The notes under the pieces were generated by a model that did not search any database, had not been told where the DNA came from, and saw nothing but the letters and a program-made list of their open reading frames with translations. 64,000 nucleotides of DNA, taken from contig NC_043000.1 in assembly GCF_006345805.1 (NCBI RefSeq), positions 142,290,001-142,354,000 of the forward strand, read 5' to 3'. Every line of letters begins with the position of its first letter. The first letter of the stretch is position 1. Made by a program: the position numbers and the translations under genes. Positions 26,201-43,710 of the stretch are shown one piece after another. This DNA comes from Octopus sinensis. Its lineage: Eukaryota.

Positions 26201-26999
26201 TAGACAAGTTAACACAGGAAATTAAGTCAACGATTTTTGAGGAAAATTATCACATTAACACTCTCAAATGAAAGACTTAATATTCATGAGGCATTCTTTA
26301 ACAGACAGTGGTGGCGCTAAATGTGGTCTGTTGAGCCATATTTTAGCTAGACCTTTAATTTCGTTATATACAGACACTGATTCACAAGAACCATTGGATA
26401 ATGAAACATTTGTACATGCGGTAAATGAATATTGTAAGAAAATAACATAACAAATACCTTTCTTCTGCAGCTGCAGTCTGTGTGAATGGTGGCGTAATTA
26501 TTCGCCTTTTATTTAACTTCCAAGTGAGAGTTGTTAAGATGAGCCTCAAAAGGAACGCAGAAAATAAAATGATAAGTGTAGTCGGCAACCCAGTCTTCAA
26601 TGAATTCAACATCCCATCTTTTTGAATAGACAGATGAACTGATACCCTTTGCATTCAGCAAAACTTTTGAGGCTGGGATAGTGAACGAAAGAGACTTATG
26701 GCCCTTTGGCAGCGAAGCTTGTAGTTTCTAGTGTGGAGCAGTAATTGGGTTCGGTGCTGTGAGATAGCCCAGATACTTTCCTGAATCTCTTTCGCAAGGT
26801 TTCGTATGGATAACGCAAAAGAAAAATTTACCTGAGTAGGGAGAATGGGGTCACAGAAGTTGTGGTTATACTGACAGTTTTGTCGGTTGTTTCATTTGTT
26901 AGTTTTCCTGCTGAATTTTCTTCAATTACCCAGGTTGATGGAGAAATTTGTGCGAAAATTGTTGCTTTTGATTTGTTCTCCTTGGGTGCTCTATTGTTA

Positions 27000-27011
27000 C
27001 CTTTATTATTA

Positions 27012-27062
<51 letters not shown>

Positions 27063-27157
27063 TATTATTATTATTATTATTATTATTGTTATTATTATTA
27101 TTATTATCATTATTATCATTATTATTATTATTATTATGATTATTATTATTTTTATTA

Positions 27158-27188
<31 letters not shown>

Positions 27189-27296
27189 CATTATTATTAT
27201 TATTATTATTATTATCATTATTATTATTATTATTATTATTATTGTTGTTGTTGTTGTTGTTGCTGTTGTTGTTGTTGTTATTATTATTATTATTAT

Positions 27297-27343
<47 letters not shown>

Positions 27344-27370
27344 ATTGCAGCAGCAGCAGCAGCAGCAGTT
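27000..27370. repeat. (ATT)n-(GTT)n-(AGT)n-(AGC)n compound microsatellite
   Basis: Direct reading. Confidence 0.95.
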
Positions 27371-27539
27371 ATAATGATGTCGATTGCGATGGTGTTGAGT
27401 CTCTTGCTGCGTGTTCCGTCGTGGCGGCGGTGGCTGTTGCTGTTGTTGTTAAGTGTAGTTGTTAGTGTTCTGATTGTCGATGTGATTGTTGTTGCAGTAG
27501 TTGGGTTTTTTGGTGCTGCTCATCGCAAGCAGTGTTTGT

Positions 27540-27800
27540 CTGAAAGATTTGAGTGAGTTTATCCATGTGATTAATTATGGTATAATATGAAAGTCGTAAT
27601 TTGCTTCAGTTTGCTTTGAAGTTGTCACTCTTGACGGTTGTTAAAAAATTGAACAACTCTGTGGACAATGAGATTTATACGTTAAGTATTTTCACAAAGA
27701 ATGCACCATGCGTTAATGAGAATGACGATTTCACTGTCAGACCAGTTACGATTATTGTGGACGTGTTGTGTCGACATCTTAGCATTTCTTTTTCTTTTCT
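27540..27800 (-). pseudogene. Decayed Myb/SANT-like (trihelix/MSANTD-type) domain-like segment
   Basis: KRKRNAKMSTQHVHNNRNWSDSEIVILINAW...NRQE*QLQSKLKQI, then MDKLTQIF in another frame; two in-frame stops. Resemblance judged by eye only. Confidence 0.35.
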
Positions 27801-29542
27801 ACTGATGTTGTCAGGAACTGCTTCTGAATCGTTATCGCTTTGGGTTTATAATGCCCGGTTTATAATTATGCCGATATGGACAGAGATATATAGGTTGATT
27901 TTTGCATAGGTTGTGCATAAAAACAGAAATATTGGTAACAACAGCAACTAAAATAAGCAAATTATTAACAAAATATTTGCTTTGTGGAGCATTGTTTAAG
28001 AAGAGACAAAGATACTCGTGTACATTGCAATACTAAAAATTTTGTTAAAATATTGTGTAAATATGTGTCTCTTTCTAAACAGAAATATTGTGTACATATG
28101 AATATTTGTCTGTAAGATATTGTGTGCTTTACAAAATAACCAAATACTTTAAAGAATTCACTGATTCGAAATATGAGAGACACACATGTGCCGTCGTGGT
28201 ACAGATGCTGGCGACCAGCTTGAGAAAACACGTCTATAAAGTTTACGAGCCAAACAATACAATTCATAATTTCTTCACGGGATACGCAATATCATATCAT
28301 ATCTGCAACAGATGGGAATTACGTTGTAAGTGATGTCTGTGGATTTTCAAAGCACATTACGGTCATAAAAAGGAGAAATATAGAGGTAGAGAGTGGACCA
28401 TATTTATTAAATCCATATGAATGTAGTATCACCTCTGTTTTTAATTATTCAACTTCTACGTATGTGGAACGAGCTGGCTTCTAACAAAGATATAAAGCTC
28501 TATCGAGAGAATGTACATAACAATATCTGTGTCACATTTTAAACGTGCAAGGTTCGAGATAGTTGGTTGACTTCATTTTCTGAAAATCTTAGTTTATCCA
28601 CATTCTCATTTCGACATTTACCCACACCAATTATTATTGGTACATACACACACACATACACGCACACACAAACAAACAAATGCACACACGTGTATAAATT
28701 TATAATCTGATATTGAATCTAGAGGTTTCGAAATAGTTGTCCATAGCTGCCCCCTTTGTTAATACTTTTCAAAGATGTATTAACATCAGCAGTTCAGCTG
28801 ACCTCTAATGATGGTACATACTTTTACCTGTCTATCCCAAACAGCAATATCAACCTATTATGGTTACATTGAAAGGTGTTTTTAAAGACGTCTTTCATCA
28901 ATATTCATTGAACTGATGTTTTTGTATGTATCCTGCAAGGGGGATTCTCAATATTTATTCCAGTGAAGTATTTTCCTGAACAACATTGTTTGTTTTCTTG
29001 AAAACACGCCATATTGCATAGGATGGTAGTATATTGATAAAAACTTCGGTGCTACTGCTAATCGCATGTGTGATGTCTTCCAGCGAAGTAAGATGTAATC
29101 TACAGATTCAGTTGTATCTTGGTGCTTCAAGGGCTTCACTGTCTCTTTCACATCTTAGATGTTTCGTAGCAATTTCCGTAGGCGGTTTTGCATAATTACA
29201 CGAAAATGAAACCATTTCACATAGTTCAAATTGCATGAATTTGGATACCAAAAGAATATACAGTAAACGTTATGAACGCCCCTAATCTATAGCGTATCTA
29301 TTGAATTTAACCGCACTATAAAATTTACAGTGATACAGTTTGTGAAGTGTTTACAGGTAAAAAAAAAGCTTCTTTTCATTTCCAATACAAACTACACCAT
29401 TTATTATTACAATGATACGGTCGACTTTTGCATTGTATTTCTACATGTTGACTCCAAGTCTAACCCAGAGACCGCAAGAGACAAGTTAGAAGTTCAAGTT
29501 GGTAATACGCCTTGAAAATGTTTAAGAAAGCATAAGAAAATC

Positions 29543-29544
<2 letters not shown>

Positions 29545-29627
<83 letters not shown>

Positions 29628-29637
29628 GTTATTATTA

Positions 29638-29669
<32 letters not shown>

Positions 29670-29700
29670 GTTATTGTTATCATTATTATCATTATTATTA

Positions 29701-29734
<34 letters not shown>

Positions 29735-29813
29735 GTTATTATTATTTTTATTATTATTTTTATTATTATTATTATTATTTTTATTATTATTATTATTATT
29801 ATTATTAATATTA

Positions 29814-29854
<41 letters not shown>

Positions 29855-29975
29855 GTTACTGTTATTATTATTATTATTATTATTATATTATTATTATTAT
29901 TGTTATTGTTATTATTTTTATTATTACTATTATTATTATTATTATTATTATTGTTGTTGTTGTTGTTGTTATTGT
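29545..29975. repeat. Long (ATT)n/(GTT)n microsatellite
   Basis: Direct reading. Confidence 0.96.
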
Positions 29976-31137
29976 TCTTGTTTGGTCTCTGCATAAAACA
30001 GTATGGTTCGTCTTGGAGTACATTTCGCATCCGAATGACTTCAAAACGTCGCAGCATCATAAAAGTGAATAGGACATCTTGAATGAATTCTTTCTTGCGT
30101 GTATCATTGTACCTGACATTTTCAAACGTTTTAATCGATGCACTGCATGCTTATTTGATTTTAGTAACTTTTAAGTATGAATTTTAAATATCGTAAGATG
30201 GGTAAATGTCTTAAACTCAAGTAATGAATAAACTTCAGATTTAAGACTTATTTTTTTTTATCATTTTATTGTGACTATACCACATTCTTAGAGTTCTATG
30301 AGTAAAAAATAAATGCTTTGTCGAAAGAAAGGAGATATTTCAAGGCGACGATTGTAGAAGATATATGCTTTTGATACACACTGATATACTTTGGAAATTA
30401 TAGAGCTTGCGTAAATGTTAATTGATTGCTTTCGATGCATACCTGATATCAATTTCGTTATGTGTAAATGTAGCTGGTTAAATACACATTTCCTCTCCTG
30501 CCCTTCGAACTCATAATTGTCAGATTTGTTGCCGAAATAAGAAATGGTTAAAATTTACATATAAAATAATGTGCCAAAATTTTTCCTTTATCTTTCTACG
30601 CATATGTCTGTGTATGACATATACAAATATTCTGCCGGCCCTTGTCTCTCATGAGAACTTAGTTCATATTATCATCTTGACAGCTAGTTGACATGTCAAA
30701 TAGGAAGAAATGTGGCTTCTATTCAAAATTATTTTTGTAACTCACTACTTTTAGCAAAACCTTACAAGTGAATAATAATCTCATTTAGAGCTCCTTTTAA
30801 TAGAAAAGGATTCCAAAACCTTTCATCTTCATTTCGATTCAGGCACGAGAGTTCGATCTGAAATCATAAAATATTGAATCGTTCGCTTAACATAGAAAAT
30901 ATAATCAGATTATAAGATAAGCCTCAATTACTTAGGCTTCCTCTTTTCAAGCGACCTCACTTTGAAGAAAATATTTTCTCGACTACAAATACATTAATTT
31001 ATTTCCCTCCAACTATTTCTAAATTTAGTACACGTAATAAATCTCAAGATTAAATTTACATTTGAAATATAAGATATGATATTATCATATTTTAACAGCG
31101 ATAACTTCCACCAGTTGTCAATTATAACAATGTAAAA

Positions 31138-31552
31138 GACGGTGAGCTGGCTGAAACGTTAGCCCGCTGGGCGAAATGTGTAGCCGTATTTCGTCTGCCG
31201 TTACGGTCTGAGTTCAAATTCCGTGGAGGTCGACTTTGCCTTTCACCCTTTCGGGGTCGATAAATTAAGTACCAGTTACTCAGTGGGGTCGATGTAATCG
31301 ACTTAATCCGTTTTTCTGTCCTTGTTTGTCCCCTCTGTGTTTAGCCCCTTGTGGGTAATAAAGAAATAAGTATTTCGTCTGCCGTTACGTTCTGAGTTCA
31401 AAATCCGCCGAGGTCGACTTTGCCTTTCATCCTTTCGGGGTCGATAAATTAAGTACCAGTTCCGCACTGGGGTCGATGTAATCGACTTAATCCGTTTGTC
31501 TGTCCTTGGTTGTTCCTTCTGTGTTTAGCCCCATGTGGGTGGTAAAGAAATA
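31138..31552 (+). mobile_element. SINE family B tandem dimer (full copy plus 5'-truncated copy)
   Basis: Copy 1 at 31138-31369, copy 2 at 31370-31552; 13-bp direct repeat AATTATAACAATG at 31120-31132 and 31553-31565. Confidence 0.92.
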
Positions 31553-31806
31553 AATTATAACAATGCAATGTACTGGGTAACACGTGCGAGTAATGAATAC
31601 CTGCGAAGCTGCTACGGCAATGTAGTTTCAGTTTCTAGTTGTATCATTTCAGTCACTACCTGAATTTGTTCTTCGTGTTAATGTTGCTCTTAGTATTTTC
31701 ATTTTTAACTCCACATCAGCTCTGAGTGAACAGAACCATGATCAAAGTGACTCAAGCCATCATCATCTCATCTTTTTTTTCTCTTTTTAGGCGTACTGTA
31801 TATAAA

Positions 31807-32138
31807 GGCGCATGGCTCAGTGGTTAGAGCGTGGAGCTTACGATCGTGAGGTTGTGAGCTCGAATCCCGGACCGGGCTGCGTGTTGTGTTCTTGAGCAAA
31901 GCACTTTATTTCACGTTGCTCCAGTTCACTCAGCTGTAGAAATGAGTTGCGACGTCTCTGGTGCCATGCTGTATCGACATTTGTCTTTCCCTTGGATAAC
32001 ACTGGTGGCGTGGAGAGGGGAGGCTGGTATGCATGGGCGACTGCTGGCCTTCCATAAACAACCTTGCCCGGACTTGTGTCTAGGAGGGTAACTTTCTAGG
32101 TGCAATCCCATCGTGTGTGTCGTGACCGAAGGGGGTCT
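31807..32138 (+). mobile_element. SINE family D, full length
   Basis: A box tggctcagtgg (31813), B box gctcgaatcc (31858), gtgttcttgagcaa..cacttt..ccagttcactcagctg body. Confidence 0.9.
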
Positions 32139-35100
32139 AAGAAGATATATAAGACCGTATGTTCTGAATCCTTTCTTTCTAAGTTGTTGAGATATGCTTC
32201 GAGGACAATATAGAAACTGTTTACAGTAGTTTATCGATTGCGTAAGTGTTTCCATTACTAGGTCATTATCAAACCAATAATTTCCAGTTGTATTCAATTC
32301 ATAAAATGACACAAAAGTCGTTATATTCGATTTTGTAAGGCGTGTAAAAGTTTTTGTAGAATCACAGCAACAAAAGATTTTGACACCTAAATGAAACGTG
32401 AATTTAACAACTTTGGTTTGCTCCTATATGGCTAGAATGGTGCACCTGCGATGTAAATTGGTTTCAACACCCGATAAAACATTTTGGTTACTTGTCAAAT
32501 TGGTATAGCTCTGGAAATCTATAGCACGATAAACCTTTTTGAATGGTTTTATGTATACCCCAAGAAGATGAGATGTTGAAATTAAGCTGCAGCCTTAAAC
32601 AAGTATTCTTTTTAATTCATAAACATAGCCTGTAAATAACTTTCATGTGGCTAAAGAAATACATATCTAGTACATACGGGAGACACATTAGATTATATTA
32701 CGCAATCTCTCGCGTGATTGTATATACAGAGATTATGATGTTGAAACAGCTTTCCAAGACCTCGTCACTATATAATCTATCAATTCAAGATCAGCAGCAC
32801 GAAGACCTTCTAGAATTGATATACACTCGAGTAAAATTAGGATTCTGGCTTGGAAGCTAATAAAGCAATCAATATTTTAACTCGTTTTCTACACACTAGT
32901 GATTTGTACCCATAAGGTACATATCTATAGGAATATAACATGGTAATTTCAGTGCGATGACATATGAAGGAAGTCTTAGTACCTCTCAATTACCCTATGA
33001 TGTTAAATGATGTGCAATTGATTTTTATAGCATCGTCTTCAGATTATTGTAGACCAATTTGATGAGAAACAATGCGTCGACTAGAACGATAAATAGCATA
33101 TACATGCGCCTCGAATCGTAAAAAAAATACCATTAGAAATGAAAATGACATTGGACAATTTAGTCCTTAATTTACAAGAAGATAAGTAGGAACGATTTTG
33201 ATAATATGACTGGAACGCTTTGTATTAAACCATATATTGAAACAACGGCTGATCAATCATTTAGCAAAAAGCAACAGAAGCAGAGACTTCTTCATAAGCA
33301 TTGAAACTCAATATGGTGCATTAAATACAAGAAGAAAACCAACAAAGAAATACTTAACTTTTTTTAGTTTTTTTTTACCATTTTAGTGTATGGCACATAG
33401 GCAGACTATGAGATTAAATGTGCACAACTTTGCATTAATTATTTACATTCTTCACTCTCATTATCGTGCTATAAAAATCTTTTATGTCATAATAGAGACT
33501 TCCTGCTACAATATGACCCAGTGTTACGAACGTCAGCTTAATTTAAAGTTAGACGTGTCTTTGGATTATTGAACCCTATATAAACATACACGCACACACA
33601 CATACACACACACACACACAGACTCTCACTTGCGCTCGTGCACGCACACACATATATGTGTAGAAGAAAGAAAGGAAATGGCACTCAACACATTGGTAGG
33701 AGTTACAGAAATTATTTCATAAGAGTTTGATTCATCTCAATTTAAGCTTCATCCCAGTTTAAGCTTCGTAGGCTTGCAGAACGATCCTAATTCGTCAGGC
33801 AACTGAATACAGCATAGAACTGAGTCAAACTGCTATTGAATAATTTGTGTGTGTGCGTGCGTCTGTGTGTGCGTGTCAGTCTGTATGTGTGAACATGCTT
33901 TACTCAATATGTTATGATTCTGGATTTCAATATACATATGTAGTTATGAAGGGGAAAATTTCACTAGAGCACCAACCATAAGATTAGAATATTTTAATCG
34001 TTGAGAACTTGCCGACACTATGTCTTTAATTTAATTCGTAGTAATAAGATTTAATTAACCCTGACTTCTGTTCATATACTGGTATCACTGCAATCATGTA
34101 TATCATATCCTGTATTCTTACTCAAATGAAACCAATACTTTGAATTCACGATGGATTCAATAGTTATCGATAATCATAATATTTTCAATTGATTTTAAAA
34201 GCAAATTCCAATATAATGATAGGTTTCCGTTAAAAATAAAGAAACAAAACAAATCTAAATATATTTATATTTTATTTTAAATTTTGCATGCATTTGGATA
34301 AATTATAATTTCCAACATCGTTATTTTCTACTAGAGTATTTAATCACGGGCTATTTAGTAGCTTTAATCAATTAATTAATACGCACTATATCAGTTTTAT
34401 ATAATATGCATTTTATATAATCCTATATCATTTACATATCTTCTAACACATTTTCTGAAGTGTTAATATCCACGCATACAAACAACACGTACACGCATAC
34501 GGGTACATACTCACAAGGGCGATATACACATACTTAGGCAGATATACATACACGTAAAATGACACATGCACCTACACATAAGCGCTCACACATATACATG
34601 CGCATTGATATCTTTCAAACGTACGCATTTACAAGCATGAAATTACTATTTTCTTTAAAATATTTTAAAATGCCTCGAATATACATATATGCGTGTATAA
34701 CTATACACGTATGTGGGTGTATATATAAGTATGTATGTGTACATACATACACACCAACTCACCCACACACCCATATATATATATGTGTGTGTGTGTGTGT
34801 GTTTGTGTGTGTGTGTATTTAGGGCTAAAAAACCACTAGGTGGATAGCCATATGCTAGAAGAAGATCACATACGATCTAACTACAAAGAAAGAATGTTCT
34901 CCGGAGAAAATTCAGCGAACATCAGAACATAGGCGGGCAAGAATTTTTTAATCTCAGGCGGTGTAAATATGTCAAGTAGATTGTGTGTAATCGTATAAAT
35001 GAATCCTCTATCCGCATATTACAGTGAAAATAGACTTCAAGAACTTATGTAGAATGATTATTCGAAGATCACCGCATTCTACTGTTTGAATACTTTGGTT

Positions 35101-35218
35101 TACTGTAAGTTATAGTTAAAATTGCGCTCTGAACAGTATGTTACAATATAAATGGCCTGTTCTCTCTCTCTCTATGTCTCTCTCTTTCTATCTATCTATA
35201 CATTTATTTCTCTCTAGT

Positions 35219-35257
<39 letters not shown>

Positions 35258-38200
35258 ATAGAACAAATGGCTCGGTAGAGCGCACACGCTTTAGTAACAC
35301 TCATCATTTTATATTTTGAATTATCCACTGGCACTAACATATTCTAGTCAACCACACTATTTCTCATACCATTTGCAAGAAAATGTGTTAATGCCATCTG
35401 AAACTTTATTGGATTTGCCAATTATGTTCAAGTCTTGTAAAATGTTTTAGCACAGCATGAATTTCCATTTTATTAATAATAAATGTATTGGGAAGTGCTC
35501 AGGTAAAGAATGAAATTTAAACGAAAAATATGACCAAAATACTATAAGCCGTATTTATTGGAGTTTCTAACTCTTAATATGCACACATATGCGTACAAAG
35601 TCTCTCTCTCATACTTTGAATACTTACTTGTTTTTCATTTCTTTTTATTTCAATATCTCACACATAAACTCTTGCTTTCTATCGTTCTCTTTCATTATTC
35701 TCACACAGTTTCGCATGGCATCTCTAGTTTTTGCATTTTTTTCAGTTGCTTTCTTTGTCCTATTCCTCTATCTTCACTCTCTCTCACTCCTCCTCTCACT
35801 CAACGTCTCTCTACCACCACCCCCATCTCTCTCTCTCTTTTTCATTTCTACTATCGCTCTCTCCACTTCGTTAATTTTTAAGTCTCACACGTAATCACAC
35901 TACTTATACTTTTAATTCCAATTCTTTCTTTCGTTCTCTCAATTTTGCTCTAACTCTGTATTCATTTTCTTTCTCTGTCGTGATCTATCCTAAAAATATT
36001 TCACATCTTTGTCATAAATTCCATCATACTCTTCCTCTTTTACACAATATCTTCTCATCCTCCTTCTTTATTCCTCATTTACTTTTACCATTTCTCTATC
36101 TTTAACCACTGCACTTTTACATGATGGTATTCGTTATCTTTAATATTTGTTTGCCACTTCGTTTTCACAATCAAATACACACACACAGACACACACACAC
36201 ACACCTCACTCTGTGCCTTTCTTTCTCTCTGTCTGTCTTCTGTCTTTCTTCCTCTCTCTCTCTCTCTCTTTCTCCGTACATATATACATAGAGTTATATT
36301 AAAATATGTATGCATGTACGTACAGATTGGTCATACCATTTGTTTTCTTACAGTTTTGTCCAATTCGACAAAATAATTTTTTTCCCTCTCTTACATTCTC
36401 GCTCTTCTCTGCTTTTCTGTTTCAATGTTCTATCATTTTCAATTTCACATTATAATCATACTTTCGTTCATTTGGTTTATATTCTCATTTTACTCGTCAT
36501 TCAGGTTGCTCCTTTTCTCCTCAATTCCTGTTCTGCAGGTCTATATTCTCCTCATTTTAAATATCATTCCATCATTTTCAGCCATTTTCATTTACTCACT
36601 CTTCAATGTTAAAACCATTTGCCGTTCATCTCACTTAAGGTCCCTTTAACACTTCTCTTACTGTGACTGTCACCTTATATAGTGTTATAATTTCGGGAAG
36701 AGAGGTGTCGTGCCCATCTATCAAGCTTGTTGGAAAACCTGCAGAGGTGTCGACGTATAGAGAGAAACTTTAGTGGCTGAATAGATTCATCTAACTGGAA
36801 AAATATAATCTAGGTATCATAGCTGATCACGTGATATTTATAAACACCATTTCTACACATTGAATTTTGGCATCCAGCTTATGTGATCTCGTACACTTTG
36901 CTTTTTGACCTCAGAATCGCTTAAGTGACAACAGTTTGATGTTAGCACTCTACATCGTTGTAGTTTATAAAGATATTTTTCCATTAGGCTCAGTTATCAT
37001 AATCAAATATAGTCCTTTCACTCAATGGCTCCAACTGAAATGTTTCTTTTTTTTTTCCTATTTGTTCTTTGAAGGGACACATTGCTGATTTGATTAAAAT
37101 ATGTTTCCAAATCAGAACGCTATGCATCTAATATTGTCTGCCTTTTGGTATTTGCTAAGAACATATATTTTAAATTACAATGAACAGAGAATCCGAATAA
37201 TTTAACGTATTCAACGAGGAAATAAAACTATTTGGGTTCAACAGTGAGTCGAACATGATACACCAGCTCGTAAACTTAACTCCCCAACTTCAGTATTCGT
37301 CAGACATCCTGCCAGATTTAACTTTTGTTGAAACAAACAACCAGAGGGAAAATGTGATGTTATGTGATAATTTCTTTCACAAAGTTAATAGCACGACTAA
37401 ATTTCGAGACCGGATTCCACAATAAACCAAATATTTTATGATACAAGTGAATGATAAATAACTGCTGCTTTGTCAGTCATATTACTTGCATGAAATATAA
37501 AGATTTAAGTGCAAAAGATTTACATTTTCAAAGCCTACTCACACACAGTCGAGCGCGCGATTGTATAAGTTTTATATCAGACGATCGTACACAGTGGATT
37601 CAGCATTTTATTTTGTTTATGAACTTTTGTTTATGAATATATCATAATCTTGTTAGCCTTTCATTTCGATTAACTGATTATTGAAGACAATACATCGAGA
37701 AAATAAAGCCATTTACATCAACTATTCTGTGTTGATTCCAATATGTCTTGTAGAAACATTTAGTTTTACCTTAGAAGGCACACTTCCCACATAATTATAT
37801 TTATGATCCATGTTGTAGAAACAAAAGAAAGAGACCGTCACAGAAACAAACCATTAGGGATTTTATTTTAAAATTTATAAATTAAAATATATTATGGCAC
37901 TACATAGGACCATAGGGTTGAACATGAGGGAAAGATCGCGTATGATAGTTGGCTTATCTGGACATTATACTCTGCCTGGAACAATGATGCTTTTTTTAAT
38001 ATTGCTACATCAAAAGGTTAAGTACTCTTTAGTTATAAGAAATACTAATGCTGATTCTGCATATTCATTCACGTTACAAGAAATAACAGATATAAACTCT
38101 GTCCAATCAAACACGAAAACTTCATGAAAACACAAGTCCAGCATACCATTTGCTTAAAATAGAAAAGAAGGACTGGCCAGAATTGCATTACATCTGATCA

Positions 38201-38619
38201 TCGAAACAAATCAACATATGCATGGTCTCAGTATAATTACTGTGAAGTTGGCATGCCATATACATAATGATAAATTCCATCTCATACATTTCGCACTATT
38301 TAGTGTTATGTAGGATCATTTGTATTGAAAAATACCGTCAATGATTTGAGTTCATTTTTTTAATACATTAATGTGTAGTAGGATGTAATGTTGTTAAATT
38401 CACCATCGCATCAAAAAAAAACAAAACACAGCCCAAATTTGTTTAAACGTTATACTAAACTATATTAGATGGTGCAACATAATTGCATTATATATGACAT
38501 TCACGAAACAAATGCGTACATAATTAATTGCATAAAGAAATAACTCAGCATGTATATACAAACGCGTATTCAATGAATATTAGCAACCAGTAATATTGTA
38601 ATATATATATATATGTATG

Positions 38620-38715
38620 TGTATAGGAATATATATATATGTATGTATGTATGTATATATGTACGTATGTATGTATGTATGTATGTATGTATGTATGTAT
38701 TTACATACATGTATG

Positions 38716-38749
<34 letters not shown>

Positions 38750-38863
38750 TTGATTGATAGATAGATAGGCAGATGTTTTTATATACATGCATAAATGCAT
38801 ATATATATATACGTATATATATATATATATAATATATATATATATGTATATATATATATGTAT

Positions 38864-38944
<81 letters not shown>

Positions 38945-38990
38945 GTATATGTAGGTATGTATCTAATATAAAATATATATGTGTGCACAT
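38620..38990. repeat. (TATG)n/(TA)n/(GA)n microsatellite block
   Basis: Direct reading. Confidence 0.92.
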
Positions 38991-39994
38991 GTGTATGGAT
39001 GGTTTCAGACAGAAAACGTGCATTTGTTACTGAAATACTAAACCAGAGTTAATTATTTTGTGTATACCCTAAAGTTAGGTGAGAAAACCCATGAAAAAAA
39101 AACACCAGCCACTAATATTATATGGACTCTAATTGAAAGCTAAAAATATTTATGTATGTGCGCGTGTACGAATGTTGGTGCGTATTTTTGTATGGGTTTC
39201 AGCTTATGTTTGTACGGGTGACTGTGAGAATGTATGTGCGTGTTCGTGTTTGCATAACATAACACTTGTCTCAATTTGTGGAACCACTTGATTGTTATCA
39301 GAAAAAATGTGCATCAATCAAATCAATATAATAGATGATCATCAGAATGTGCAATCAATAGTTTTTTTTTTATCTATTAAATGTCTTCCATAAGTGATAA
39401 CAAGAAATGGATGTACAACTTTTATGAGAGTAAACAATAAAACTAATTTATTTACGGATATTTCTATTTTGGTTTTGATTGTTTTATTCGAGGTTCATGT
39501 AGTTTTGAACACCCAAATTTATCAAATCACGATGTTTCACTCTCTGATATATTGATATTTTCTTGCTTTAACATTAAGTTTAAACGTAAACGTTTACCTT
39601 GCTGTTCTTGAATATATGGAAAATGAGAAAGTAGAAAATTGATTTAGCACTCATCTTACCTACGAGTTGATGAAAGTTATCAATCATGCTGTCAACTAGT
39701 TCCATATAAACGCAAAGCAAATTTATATACACGTCGTGTTTATAAATCAACCTCAGACTAAACGTTTTTAAAATTGATATGGTTTTTCGCTTTTCTAATG
39801 TGTTCTTTAGTCCCAACAAGGTGCTGGATTTTATTCTCGATTCAATATCAGCTGAAAGCGTATGACAAATACATTTATTATCCTACATCATATCCACATT
39901 GGCTTTCATACTTCTCTTCCGATGATGAGAGGATAAGTGCCGATGTAGATGTAACAGATTATACCCAAGAAACTAATCAAATTTTCATAATACA

Positions 39995-40385
39995 GGCGCA
40001 GAAGTTTTGAATGGGTTAAGATGTTTGCTTCGCATACAATTGGTTTTGAGTTCACCCGTCCGTGTTGTACATTAGGCAAGTGTATTTTGCTATATCCTCT
40101 GACTGCAAATTCGTTGTGAGTGAAAATTGATAGACAGAAATACGTACGTACATACACACGCGCGCGCACGCATGCACACACACACAGACACGTACACACA
40201 TACACGCACACATAAATACATACATACATACATACACCACAACACAAAACAGCAAGTCGCGTAGTAGGCGCTGAAGACTATTTATCGAAAATACGATGAA
40301 TACAATCTCCAGCATTGGAGCCATAACTATCAGCCTTGTTAAATAACTTGTTAATCTTCAGGTGAATGAACTGAATGAGACTGTT
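39995..40385 (+). mobile_element. Old SINE family A-like copy
   Basis: aggcgcagaag head, ttaggcaagtgtatt, ttgtgagtg..gatagacagaaa, internal CA tract. Confidence 0.6.
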
Positions 40386-40678
40386 ATCTTAAAAAAATGG
40401 TAGTGATTTTCAGCTGAAACTTGAATTTACCTTGCAGAGATCTACTGCAAAAAACATGGTTAGATACATCAACAACACCGCACAACGGAATGAAAGCAAC
40501 AGCTCAACAGGTAAATAGATTCTTTCTAGCTCTAGTTACAGAAGAAACTGTAAGAACAAAACTCATTTTTCTTGGAGTTAAGAAATGTTTTAGGAGTTTA
40601 TCAGTTAAGTGTCTAAGACATGCACCAATATGCTTGGGAATACATGCATAAACCAAATATACAAATCTGCATATATAT

Positions 40679-41152
<474 letters not shown>

Positions 41153-41172
41153 CAATAATAATAATAATAATA

Positions 41173-43710
<2,538 letters not shown>

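Noticed and set aside
27600-27700. Idea that A-to-I editing rescues the TAA/TGA stops in the Myb/SANT-like segment
   Set aside because: Frameshifts are also required, and there is no supporting duplex or transcript evidence.
31138-31552. Tandem repeats as a CRISPR-like array
   Set aside because: Eukaryotic SINE dimer; no repeat-spacer periodicity anywhere in the window.
31807-31880. SINE heads (also 45710, 63487, 51141) as functional tRNA genes
   Set aside because: A and B boxes are present, but no complete cloverleaf, and each continues into a SINE body.
31926-32312. 128-aa minus-strand ORF
   Set aside because: More than half is the antisense of SINE family D.
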